From Bryobacterales bacterium (GTDB taxonomy: Bacteria > Acidobacteriota > Terriglobia > Bryobacterales > UBA6623): 64,000 nt of DNA. Position 1 is the first letter of the stretch; each line of letters opens with the position of its first letter. Made by a program: the position numbers and the translations under genes. The DNA lies in the NCBI GenBank assembly GCA_965216545.1, contig OZ244172.1, positions 4,841,997 through 4,905,996 on the forward strand. The letters are read 5' to 3'. The notes below the pieces were generated by a model. The model was not told where the DNA came from. It worked only from the letters and a program-made list of their open reading frames with translations, and made no database searches. Below are positions 27,692 through 36,654 of the stretch, one piece after another.

Positions 27692-28607
27692 ATTGTACCC
27701 CCGGCCTTATTGGGGCAGGCTGTATCGCTCTCGCTTGACCGAAGGTGGCATGCTTGAGCCAACCAGTATAGTTGTTGATTACAATCGGGCGACGACTCAA
27801 CTTCCTGTCGGAAAGGATAATCTATTGGTCAAAATTCCCAGCGTGTCATCTATCGAAAAACGTGAGTGGCTTTTGTATAATATACCGTCCAACTACGTCA
27901 TGGCGCTATCTCGACTAGATATCCCAGACGGTGCGCGTGTCGGCAAGCGAGAGGACGGGACCATTATTCTTCTTGATCGATACAGTGATAAGACCCTGAG
28001 AGTGTCGAGAAACGACAAGGGAATCGAGGTGGAGCGCTTAACCTTGAGTTACCCGAAGGCACTAGATCAGGACGCGAGCGGACGTTACGGAAAGGCGATT
28101 GGATCTCGCACGATTGTGATATCCGAGGGGGCTAGGGCGACGAACTATTCGAAGCTATATTTGTTTCGTTCGGATACCGGTGCCTTGTTGGCCGAGTCGA
28201 AACCTCGTGATTTTGTCAATGGTCGATTCTGGGTGGGGGACGACGGCGACAAGAGCGGCAGTATTCGGATCTACTGCCTCGAGGAGCAGATCGTGAACAG
28301 CCAGCGCCAGCTCACTGGGCGTCTTTTCGAATTCGAGACTGTACGCAATGAGATCGTGGAGACCGACGTTCGAGAATTCTCAGTAGGTGATCAACGTGTG
28401 CTGGTGGGAGCCAACAGACAGCCCGTGATCGTGGGTTTTCCGCCGTTGCGGTATGTCAGTGTATTCGAGGCATCCCGTAGAGCTTGGATCCTGGGAGGTA
28501 CAAGTGTATCGGGTCAAGCTGGTGCGCTCTCGAGGGCGGTCGAAGCTCTTGAGCAGGAGATGGAGACGTTAGAGCTGAGGCCGATAGTCGGTCTCCGGCG
28601 CGATTGA
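27692..28607 (+). pseudogene. 3' part of the IS-split exported hypothetical protein
   Basis: Removing the IS and one TSD copy joins ...VALLIRDR (26650) in frame to LYPRPYWGRLYRSRL... (27692). That gives 1203 nt, i.e. 400 aa plus stop. The first ~90 aa of track ORF 27423..28607 are read-through of the IS end. Confidence 0.75.
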
Positions 28608-28726
28608 ACACCGAACTTGGGATTGCGAGATGCTTAGATGTCACTGATTGAGCGATAGCGGCGTGATCTGATTGGGTACTGTTGACATTCGGCGGCCGGG
28701 AGGGCCGGGGAGGCTAAGAGGTTCAA

Positions 28727-29890
28727 ATGGGGCAGCATATCCGAAGCCAGCGAAGCTGGAACGCAACGGCGGAGATCATGCACTTTCTTGCGTGTCGGCG
28801 AGTCGTTCTTTGCGGAGAAGGGTGTCTCGTTCTTCTTACTTTTGTGTTTTCGCACGTGGCCTATGGGCAGCTGGATAGCACGTGTACGGTCAGCATCCTG
28901 AACCGCACATCCCGCGCAACCGCCGACGGCCGCTGGCTCATCAACAATGTCCCTACCACCTTTGGACCCGTGCGCGCCCGCGCCACTTGCACTGAATCGA
29001 CAGGCTCTACGCTTTCCGGCCAAACCAGTTACGTTACCATCCAACCAAACCAAGCCAATGGCTTCGAGTCGGACATAGTGCTTGGCGTGGTGGACCCGAT
29101 CCCGCGCTTCCTGACGCTGTCCTCTGCTGCAGCGAGCCTCGGCGCCATCGGCGCGACCACACAGGTGACCGTAACCGCCACCTTCGCAGATGATTCGACG
29201 GGCGACCTCACCAGCCCCACGGCCGGAACGTCTTATACGGTCAGCAACCCCGCCATCGCCACAATCGACGCTAACGGCCTCGTCACGGCTGTATCGAGCG
29301 GACGGTTCATCGTGTCCGCCATAAATGACGGCGTGGTGGGTGCGATCGAGCTGCAAGTGGCGCTGAGTGGGGAGGATGCCGACGGCGACGGCATGCCCGA
29401 TGAGTACGAGGTGCGTTTTGGCCTCAATCCCAACGACCCGTCCGATGCTGGACTCGATCCCGACGGCGACGGGCTGACGAACCTCCAGGAGTCACAGCTT
29501 GGCAGCGATTCCTTCAATCCCGACATCACGCCGCCTGCCGTCTCCCAAGTTGATCCCGCCGATGGGGCGACCGACTTTCAGCTTAACCACGCAATCATCG
29601 TTCGCTTCACCGAGCCGATGTCCGAGGAATCGATCGTCGATGGCGTCGTTCAACTCTTCCAGGGCGGATCGGAGATCCCAGGGACGCTTGCCTTGTCCGA
29701 TGACGGCCTCAGCTTGAGCTTCCGCCCAAGTGCACAGTTGACCGCCCTGACTTCCTACTCCTTGACCGTGCAGAACGTCCGCGATGTGGCCGGCAATCTG
29801 CTGCCCCAGCCCGTCACCAGTGGATTCACCACGGGCAACACGGTGGACTGTGAGTGGCGCTGCAAAACTAGACCACGAGGCGGCAGTTGA
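28727..29890 (+). CDS. secreted Ig-like surface protein (Big_2, TSP3-type Ca-binding repeats, SbsA-Ig-like), 3'-truncated by an IS21 end
   Basis: Signal MHFLACRRVVLCGEGCLVLLTFVFSHVAYG (alternative start 28778). TQVTVTATFADDSTGDL...TVSNPAIATIDANGLVTAVSSG is Big_2-like. DADGDGMPDEYE..NPNDPSDAGLDPDGDGLTNLQE are TSP3-type repeats. ITPPAVSQVDPADGATD...VRFTEPM is SbsA_Ig-like. From 29849 the ORF reads into the IS21 terminal repeat. Confidence 0.7.
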   Translation: MGQHIRSQRSWNATAEIMHFLACRRVVLCGEGCLVLLTFVFSHVAYGQLDSTCTVSILNRTSRATADGRWLINNVPTTFGPVRARATCTESTGSTLSGQTSYVTIQPNQANGFESDIVLGVVDPIPRFLTLSSAAASLGAIGATTQVTVTATFADDSTGDLTSPTAGTSYTVSNPAIATIDANGLVTAVSSGRFIVSAINDGVVGAIELQVALSGEDADGDGMPDEYEVRFGLNPNDPSDAGLDPDGDGLTNLQESQLGSDSFNPDITPPAVSQVDPADGATDFQLNHAIIVRFTEPMSEESIVDGVVQLFQGGSEIPGTLALSDDGLSLSFRPSAQLTALTSYSLTVQNVRDVAGNLLPQPVTSGFTTGNTVDCEWRCKTRPRGGS

Positions 29891-30499
29891 AGGCGCGCTG
29901 ATGGCGCCGGAAAACTAGACCGCGGAGGTGGTCCGCGAGCATCCCTGGGGTGCGGTGTGGAACACCGGGAGGGATGTATCGCGTGGAGCTGTACGCACAA
30001 GTCCGCCGCAGCGTCTTTGTCGAGGGGATCAGCGAGCGAGAGGCGGCGACGCGCTTCGGGATCGCGCGCGAGACCGTGCGCAAGATGTTGCGCTACGCGA
30101 CGCCGCCGGGCTACCAGCGTTCGAGACCTGTCAAGCGGCCGAAGCTGGGTCCGTACACGGGGATCATCGATCAGATCCTGGAGGACGATCGCGAGCAGCC
30201 GCGCAAGCAGCGCCACACCGCCAAGCGGATCCACGAGAGGCTGCGCGAGGAGCACGGGTTCGACGGCGGCTACAGCAGCGTCAAGGAGTACGTGCGCGAG
30301 CAGAAGCTGGCGTGCCAAGAGATGTTTGTGCCCCTGGCGCATCCGCCCGGGGACGCGCAGGCGGACTTCGGCGAGGCCACAGTCGTCATCGCAGGAGTGC
30401 AGCGCAAGGCGCACTTCCTGGTGGTCGATCCGCCGCACAGCGACGACGCGTTCGTGAAGGCGTTTCCAGCCGAGACGACCGAGGCGTTCTGCACAGCAG
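29849..30499 (+). mobile_element. IS21-family element remnant (left end plus 5' third of istA only)
   Basis: Terminus TGTGAGTGGCGCTGC followed by two direct subterminal repeats AAAACTAGACCAC / AAAACTAGACCGC (about 29865 and 29911). istA breaks off after ...FPAETTEAF near 30489. No right end was found. Confidence 0.75.
29974..30489 (+). pseudogene. istA: IS21-family transposase IstA, N-terminal fragment
   Basis: MYRVELYAQVRRSVFVEGISEREAATRFGIARETVRKMLRY...RKQRHTAKRIHERLREEHGFDGGYSSVKEYVRE...DFGEA. The DDE core is missing. Confidence 0.8.
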
Positions 30500-30782
30500 G
30501 TGGAGGGACGGCTGCCCACCGACACGGCCCGGGCGAAGCTCTCGCAGGTCGTGCCGCCGTGGCTGGCTGAACGCGAGCGCCTGAAGAGCCGCAACACCTG
30601 GAAGACCGAGACGCACCTGAGTAAGCCCTTGCTCGCTGCGCTCGGGGACAAGCGCCTATGCGACATCACCGGCGACGACATTCGGGGCTATCAGGCGAAG
30701 CGCTCGGCGGGAGTCAACGCCAAGACCGTTAACCGCGAGCTACGAATCCTGCGAGCGATTCTCCAGCAGCATCGACTGTGGG
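30500..30782 (+). pseudogene. tyrosine recombinase/phage integrase, 5' part (interrupted by IS66)
   Basis: N-terminal SAM-like region: LSQVVPPWLAERERLKSRNTWKTETHLSKPLLAALGDKRLCDITGDDIRGYQAKR. Continues in frame at 33367 once the IS66 element and one TSD copy are removed. Confidence 0.8.
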
Positions 30783-30883
30783 GTAAGCGTTCGGTGACGA
30801 CCGTCTTGACTCGACAGGGTTGAACGAGTAAGTAAGTGTCCACGCAAGGCTTATGTGGACACGTAGCAGTGGCGACGTCGCCC

Positions 30884-32467
30884 TCAGGCTGGCGGCGGCG
30901 CCGCGGCGGCGTCCAGGCCCACGTTCCAGGGCAGCAGCTGCGCGATGCGGTTGATCGGATGGTCGGCGATGCGGTCGAGCACGTGGCGCAGGTAAGCTTC
31001 CGGGTCGACGCCGTTGAGCTTGGCCGTGCCGATCAAACTATACATCGCCGCCGCGCGTTCGCCGCCGGCGTCCGAACCCGCGAACAGATAGTTCTTGCGC
31101 CCCAAAGCCACCGCCCGCAAGGCTCGCTCGGCGGCGTTATTGTCGATCTCGAGCTCGCCGTCGTCGAGGTAGCGCACCAGCGCCGGCCAACGTCCCAGCG
31201 CGTAGCGCATCGCCTTCGCCGTCTCCGACTTCTTCGATAATCCGACCAGATTGTCGTAAAACCACGCGTGCAGCGCCTCGAGCAAAGGCTTCGCCCGCGC
31301 CTGCCGCTCGCGCCGGCGCACCTCCGCCGGGCTGCCGCGGATCTCTTTCTCGATCTCGTACAACGCTCCAATGCGCTCGAGCGCCTCCGCGGCAAGCTGC
31401 GACGCGTGCGCCTGTTCGATGTCGAAAAACTTGCGCCGCACGTGCGCCCAGCAAGCCGCCTCGCGCACGCGCCCCTTTTCATACACGCCGTTGAAGCCGG
31501 CGTAAGCGTCGGCGTGCAGCGTCCCCTCGAACCCGGCCAAGTGCGTCTGGGGGCGCTCGCCCTTGCGGTCGGGCGAGTAGGCGTACCACGCCGCCGGCGG
31601 CGCCTCTCCGCCCGTCGGCCGCTCGTCGCGCACGTAAGCCCACAAGCGTCCCGTCTTGGTCTTGCCGCGGCCGGGATCGAGCACGGGAACCGGCGTGTCG
31701 TCGCCGTGGATGCGGCTCCCCGCGAGCACGTGCCGCCGCAGAGCCTCGAGCAGCGGCGCGAGCGTCCGGCTGGCGCCGCCCACCCAGCCCGCCAGCGTCG
31801 AGCGCTCGAGTTCCACACCTTGATGTCCGTAAATCTCCGCCTGCCGGTAGAGCGGTAAATGGTGTGCATATTTTGCCGTTAATACGTGCGCCAACAAGCC
31901 CGGTCCGGCCAACCCGCGCTCGATCGCCCGGCTCTGAGCCGGCGCTTGCACGATGCGGTCGCAACAACCGCAGCTCAGCTTCGGCCGCACCCGCCGGATC
32001 ACTTTGAAGCGCGCCGGGGAGTACTCGAGCGTCTCGGAGATGTCCTCGCCAAGCTTGCGCAAAGCGCCGCCGCAGTCGGGACAACTCTTCTCGGCGGGTT
32101 GTTGAACGACGGTCTCGCGCGGCAGCTCCGGCGGCAGCTCGCGACGTCGAGGCTTGCGTCGAACCCCCTCCAGAAAGGCTTCGGGCGCGCTGTCCGGCTC
32201 CGGCGCCGCTTCGGCCTCGGCGGCTTCGAGCTCTTCGAGCCGCAGCTCGAGCTGCTCGATGCGGCTGTCGATCTTCTCTGACTTGCGCCCAAACTGCAGC
32301 CGCTTCAACTTCAAGATCAGCAGCTTCATCCGCTCGATCTCACTCTTGTGCGATTCGAGTGCGATCTTCTGCGAAGCGAGCTCGGCGTGCTGCGCCCGGC
32401 ACAGCGCCCGCAACGTCTCCAGGTCCAGAGAGTCCAGATCCAGCGCGGGAGAAGGCGCTTCGGCCAT
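30884..32467 (-). CDS. tnpC: IS66-family transposase (TnpC)
   Basis: [41 protein letters not shown]...[11 protein letters not shown]...[28 protein letters not shown]...[12 protein letters not shown]. Confidence 0.93.
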   Translation of the reverse strand: MAEAPSPALDLDSLDLETLRALCRAQHAELASQKIALESHKSEIERMKLLILKLKRLQFGRKSEKIDSRIEQLELRLEELEAAEAEAAPEPDSAPEAFLEGVRRKPRRRELPPELPRETVVQQPAEKSCPDCGGALRKLGEDISETLEYSPARFKVIRRVRPKLSCGCCDRIVQAPAQSRAIERGLAGPGLLAHVLTAKYAHHLPLYRQAEIYGHQGVELERSTLAGWVGGASRTLAPLLEALRRHVLAGSRIHGDDTPVPVLDPGRGKTKTGRLWAYVRDERPTGGEAPPAAWYAYSPDRKGERPQTHLAGFEGTLHADAYAGFNGVYEKGRVREAACWAHVRRKFFDIEQAHASQLAAEALERIGALYEIEKEIRGSPAEVRRRERQARAKPLLEALHAWFYDNLVGLSKKSETAKAMRYALGRWPALVRYLDDGELEIDNNAAERALRAVALGRKNYLFAGSDAGGERAAAMYSLIGTAKLNGVDPEAYLRHVLDRIADHPINRIAQLLPWNVGLDAAAAPPPA

Positions 32468-32542
32468 GTCTCTATTTTCTCATATTCGAGAGGGAATGTG
32501 GTGACCTATTTCGATATATCTCCGTCCGAAATGCTTTTTTCC

Positions 32543-32905
32543 TTACGCCGCCGTCCGCGGCGCTTCCCCAAAGGCTTGCGCCGTCCGCTCGGGCCGTCGC
32601 CAGTCGATGCCTTCGAGCAGCATCGACAGCTGCGCCCGCGTCAACAACACCGCGCCGTTCTCGGCCCGCGGCCACACGAAGCGTCCGCGCTCGAGACGCT
32701 TGGCGAACAGACAGAGGCCGTCGCCGTCCCACCACAACACTTTGATCAGGTCGCCCCTCCGTCCGCGAAACACGAACAGATGCCCGTCGAAGGGATTTCG
32801 GTCAAGCTTGTCCGCAATCTGCGCGCTCAACCCCGTGAAGCCCCGCCGCATGTCCGTCACCCCGGCGCACAGCCAGATGCGCGCCCCCGCCGGCAGTGTG
32901 GTCAT
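32543..32905 (-). CDS. tnpB: IS66 Orf2 (TnpB)
   Basis: MTTLPAGARIWLCAGVTDMRRGFTGLSAQI...HLFVFRGRRGDLIKVLWWDGDGLCLFAKRLERGRFVWP. The ATG overlaps the tnpA stop (ATGA). Confidence 0.9.
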   Translation of the reverse strand: MTTLPAGARIWLCAGVTDMRRGFTGLSAQIADKLDRNPFDGHLFVFRGRRGDLIKVLWWDGDGLCLFAKRLERGRFVWPRAENGAVLLTRAQLSMLLEGIDWRRPERTAQAFGEAPRTAA

Positions 32906-33270
32906 GGGAGCAACAGCTCCAGCACTTGCCGCAGCGTCGACGCCTCGGCGCCTTCGATGCGCACCCGGCCTCGCGGCAGCTCGATCTCGATCGCGCCGCA
33001 AGCCTGCCCGCTTGCCACCTCACGCGGCTCCTCGGGCGCTACGTCGCTCAGCCGCACCGGCAGCCACTCGGCCGCAGGCTTCTCCGCGTCGTCGGCGAGC
33101 AACCCTTCGCGATACAGCTTGCGCCAGTGAAAGATCTGGTTGGCGTTGACCTGGTGCGCCCGTGCCAGCCGCGCCACCGACACGCCTGACTCGAAGCTCT
33201 CCTCGACGATCCGCCGGCGTTCTTGCTTCGATCTCCGCCGCCGCCCCGGCTTCTCCGCTGCCTTCTCCAT
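32902..33270 (-). CDS. tnpA: IS66 Orf1 (TnpA, HTH)
   Basis: RRRSKQERRRIVEESFESGVSVARLARAHQVNANQIFHWRKLYREG. Confidence 0.88.
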   Translation of the reverse strand: MEKAAEKPGRRRRSKQERRRIVEESFESGVSVARLARAHQVNANQIFHWRKLYREGLLADDAEKPAAEWLPVRLSDVAPEEPREVASGQACGAIEIELPRGRVRIEGAEASTLRQVLELLLP

Positions 33271-33366
33271 CGCGCTCTCCCTCAGCGCCCTCCCGCGCCT
33301 CCGTCGAGCTTGCCTTATCCCTTCGCTTCTGTCGAGACGGTCCTCGCCGCACGCTTACACTGTGGG

Positions 33367-34043
33367 CACGTCTAGCGGACGAGTACAAGCAGCTCCGCGA
33401 GACGAGCAGAGGACCTGGCCGAGCCCTGACCGAGGAGCAAGAACGGAAGCTCTTCGAGACGGCCGCACGTCGCCCGGGCTGGGAGGCTGCCTACTACGCT
33501 GGGCTCCTAGCTGCGAACACGACGGCCCGACGCTGCGAGCTGAAGGGCCTGATCCTAGAGGACGTCGACCCGGCTGAGGGCGTCATGCGCATCCGCCGCA
33601 CGAGCACCAAGACCGACGCGGGCGCCCGGGTGATCCCGCTCAACTCGACGGCACGGTGGGCCGTGGCCCGACTGCTCGAACGGGCGCAGAAGCTCGGAGC
33701 ATCGTCGCCCGAGCACTACCTGTTCCCCTCCTGCCAGCGGAATCAGGTCGACGTGACGCAGCCGCAGAAGACGTGGCGGACCGCATGGCGGAGGCTGACC
33801 GTTGAAGCCGGTTTGAAGGGCCTACGGTTCCACGACCTACGCCACCACGGCATCACCAAGCTCGCCGAAGCCGGAGTTCCCGACCAAACGCTCACGGCCA
33901 TCGCCGGCCACGTCAGCCGCGAGATGCTGGAGCACTACTCGCACGTCAGGCAGCAGGCCAAGCGCCAAGCTGTCGACGCCATCGACTCCTACCGGCCGCA
34001 CGAAGCGGCGTCGACCGATGAGGAGTCGGTAACGATCAACTAA
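33367..34043 (+). pseudogene. tyrosine recombinase/phage integrase, 3' (catalytic) part
   Basis: ARLADEYKQL...TTARRCELKGLILEDVD...RIRRTSTKTDAGARVIPL...LRFHDLRHHGITKLAEAGV...IAGHVSREMLEHYSHV contains the R...HxxR...Y catalytic residues. Joined to 30500..30782 it gives 960 nt in frame. Confidence 0.85.
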
Positions 34044-34160
34044 CCGGATGTCCACACGGATGTCCACACGGAAGGGCAAAGTTGACTGAGTGTTACCGAG
34101 TGATGTGGACCGGTACGGGGCGCTACCAAGAAGCGCCGGTGAGGAGCTATGTCTAGCCTT

Positions 34161-34200
34161 TTCAACGCTCTATCACGCTCAGTATCGCTCCATCACGCTC
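34161..34200 (+). repeat. four phased 10-bp direct repeats (ttcaACGCTC tatcACGCTC agtatCGCTC catcACGCTC)
   Basis: Read directly from the sequence. One-helical-turn periodicity. Located between the integrase stop (34043) and a tRNA 3' fragment (34223). Confidence 0.7.
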
Positions 34201-34222
34201 CACTCCGATAATTGGGGTGGAA

Positions 34223-34256
34223 GAGGTCCCGAGTTCAAATCTCGGCGGCCCGACCA
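34223..34256 (+). other. tRNA 3'-end fragment (T-arm + acceptor strand + CCA): att-site remnant
   Basis: CCGAG TTCAAAT CTCGG CGGCCCG A CCA. No matching 5' acceptor, D arm or anticodon arm lies upstream, so this is not a functional tRNA. Confidence 0.6.
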
Positions 34257-34311
34257 ATCTTCTCAATGGCTTAGAGCCGTCCCCCCCAATCGTCATCGCG
34301 AAAATCCCGCA

Positions 34312-34755
34312 CTATGCCCGCATTGGAAGCGGGCGTGCTTCCTCATCGAGCAGTCCGCCGAACAGCCGTTGCTGTGCGCGCCGGACCGCCATCTCGCGCC
34401 GGTCGAGGCCGACGACGGCGTACTCCGAGGTCATCACCGGTCGTGAGTGGCCGGCTTGCGCTTGAGCTTCAATCGCCGTGGCGCCTTCTTCCTGGATGAG
34501 GGGCGGGTTCTGCCGGCGGAACGAATGCCAGCCGAGCGGCACCCCTCCCTTCTCGAAGACGTAGTCGTCGAGCTTGCTGTTGAGCGGACAATGCCTTCGC
34601 AAGGCGCCGTCAAGATGGCCGAGCGGCAGGACTCTCCGCGAGCGCTCGCTCTTGGGAACGTCCGTCTCGCCGCGGTACATCCGCTCCTCGACGAAGATCA
34701 GGCCGCGGTCAAGATCCACCGCGCGCCACTTCAACGCCAAGATCTCGCTGATCCG
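34312..34755 (-). pseudogene. tyrosine integrase fragment (catalytic domain, N-terminus missing)
   Basis: Within ORF 34312..34866: RISEILALKWRAVDLDRGLIFVEERMYRGETDVPKSERSRRVLPLG...LGWHSFRR...AQAGHSRPVMTSEYAV. An internal stretch appears shortened. Confidence 0.6.
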
Positions 34756-34861
34756 AATGGGATTCGAGCGTCGACGAGAAGTGCGCCATCTGGAGCGCGA
34801 GTACCGGCTTCGCGGCTCCGAGATTCGGACTCTGACCGACGTTGGGCGGTTCCGAGCGATC

Positions 34862-35049
34862 GACATCGCCGACCTTCGAGATCATCGCTTCGCCATGGCG
34901 ATCAGTGGACACAAGACACGACACGTCTTCGATCGCTACAACATCGTCGCAGATCGGACCTCGAAGAACCGGCTCGTAAGGTTGGTGAGTTCTTGGACGG
35001 AAAGGGAAAGTCTGCTGGGGAGGCGAATACGACGCGCCGAGTCAACTAA
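34862..35049 (+). pseudogene. second integrase fragment (extreme C-terminus), frameshifted, facing tRNA-Asp
   Basis: DLRDHRFAMAISGHKTRHVFDRYNIV (frame of ORF 34574..35113) continues as SDLEEPARKVGEFLDGKGKS...stop in the frame of ORF 34447..35049. This matches the typical GHKT..F.RYNI integrase tail. Confidence 0.55.
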
Positions 35050-35120
35050 ATCGTTACAAAGACCGTTACAGTACGCTCTTCGGGGTGGAAGCGCTCAATC
35101 CACAACTGGTTGAACAGGAA

Positions 35121-35197
<77 letters not shown>

Positions 35198-35326
35198 TCG
35201 AGCCTTGTGGAGCCTCTGCTCCACGGCAGGCTGCTCCACAAAAGAAGGGTGCGCTCGAGCGGAACGCACCCAGCTCTGACTCGATCCTAGCACGTCCGCC
35301 TAGGGCGTGCAATCGCGTGGGCCGCG

Positions 35327-36634
35327 CTACTCCGCTCTCACTCGAGCCAGCGCATCCTCGTCGAATTCGAAGCCCAGCCCGGGGCCCTCCGGCACGCCCA
35401 CCGAGCCCGCTTTGTAGGGCAACGGAGTCGACAGCAGGGCGTTCCCGAACTCGCGCTTGTAGCTCTCGCCGCCCTCGAGAATCACCGTATTGGCCTGCGC
35501 CGCGCAGAGGTGGATGGCCGAGGCGCGGTAGGGCGCCGAGCCCATCGAGGAATGCGGCGAGAACAGCACCCCGTGCGCTTCCGCCATCACCGCGATGCGC
35601 TTCGTCTCGGTGATCCCAATCCGGGCCGTGTCCGGGTTGATGATGTCGCAGGCGCGCAGGTGAAACAGATCGCGGAACTGGAAGCGATTCGAGTACTGCT
35701 CGCCGGCGCAGATCGGCATGTCGAGCGTGTCGGCCAAGCGCGCGTAGCCGTCTAGGTCGTCCGGGGTCAAGATGTCTTCCCACCAGCCAACGTTGCCCAT
35801 GGCGTCCAAGCGGCGCCCCACGCGCGTCGCCTCTGCCAGCGTGTAGCCGCCAAGCGAGTCCACCAGGATCTCACCGTGATCCCTCAGAACCTCCGCCGCG
35901 GCGCCGACCCGGTCGACATTCCGGATCTCCTCGCCCCGGCCCTTCGCCAGGCTCATCTTCTGTACCGTGTAGCCCGCCTCGAGCAGCGCGCGCACGTTCC
36001 TCGCGACCTCCTCGGGCGGCCCTCCGCCCACGCCCTGATAGGTCGGGATGCGATCGCGAAACTTGCCTCCGAGCAGTTGATAGACCGGCAGCCCGGCGGC
36101 CTTGCCGACGATGTCCCACAGCGCGATGTCGATGCCGGCCATCGCTCGCGTGTAGTAGCCCGTGCCGTAGCCGCGCAGCTTCTGCGTGGAGAACATCTTC
36201 TCCCAGAGCGCTTCGATTTGGCGTGCATCCTCGCCGAGCAGGATCGGCTCGAACATGTCGCTGATGATGGTTGCCGCCACTCGCGGCGTCATCACCGCGT
36301 GCGACTCGCCCCAGCCAACGATGCCCTGGTTCGTCGAGACCTTCACGAGCAGCGTCTGGCGGTAGCCGCCTTGTCGCACCGTCTCGGATCGCTCGAGCCG
36401 GTTCCACAAGCCCTTCGTTCCCGTCATGCCGCCCAGCGGCGTCATCGAGACGAAATCGCTCTCGGGCCTCCCTGGCGCCGCCGGTGCGCGCAGCGCGATC
36501 GGCTCGATCTTGGTGATCTCGAGCGGAACGCCGATCTTCGAGCTCGCGGCGCGCAGGCTCTCGAATCCTGAAGAAAGGGAAGCAGCGGCCGCACCGGCGG
36601 TGGAAACGCTGCGCAGGAAGCTACGTCGGGTCAT
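35327..36634 (-). CDS. enolase-superfamily enzyme (mandelate racemase/muconate lactonizing family), Tat-exported
   Basis: MTRRSFLRSVSTAGAAAASL is a Tat signal. GWGESHAVM...KMSLAKG...ILVDSLGGYT...WWEDIL...PICAGEQY shows the metal-ligand pattern of MR/MLE proteins. Confidence 0.85.
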   Translation of the reverse strand: MTRRSFLRSVSTAGAAAASLSSGFESLRAASSKIGVPLEITKIEPIALRAPAAPGRPESDFVSMTPLGGMTGTKGLWNRLERSETVRQGGYRQTLLVKVSTNQGIVGWGESHAVMTPRVAATIISDMFEPILLGEDARQIEALWEKMFSTQKLRGYGTGYYTRAMAGIDIALWDIVGKAAGLPVYQLLGGKFRDRIPTYQGVGGGPPEEVARNVRALLEAGYTVQKMSLAKGRGEEIRNVDRVGAAAEVLRDHGEILVDSLGGYTLAEATRVGRRLDAMGNVGWWEDILTPDDLDGYARLADTLDMPICAGEQYSNRFQFRDLFHLRACDIINPDTARIGITETKRIAVMAEAHGVLFSPHSSMGSAPYRASAIHLCAAQANTVILEGGESYKREFGNALLSTPLPYKAGSVGVPEGPGLGFEFDEDALARVRAE

Positions 36635-36654
36635 CGCGACCCAAGCATATCAAC

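Larger units (their letters stand above)
30783..33358 (-). mobile_element. IS66-family insertion sequence, apparently intact, 2576 bp (tnpA-tnpB-tnpC)
   Basis: Inverted repeats are GTAAGCGTTCGGTGACGACCGTCT (left) and GTAAGCGTGCGGCGAGGACCGTCT (right, reverse complement). A perfect 8-bp target duplication ACTGTGGG sits at 30775-30782 and 33359-33366. Confidence 0.92.

Noticed and set aside
30500-30823. Track ORFs 30500..30823 and 33162..34043 taken as separate small proteins.
   Set aside because: They are the two halves of one integrase split by IS66. The extra residues are translated from the IS66 terminal repeats.
34223-34256. Possible additional tRNA gene.
   Set aside because: Only the T-arm, 3' acceptor strand and CCA are present. 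No complementary 5' acceptor, D arm or anticodon arm lies upstream.
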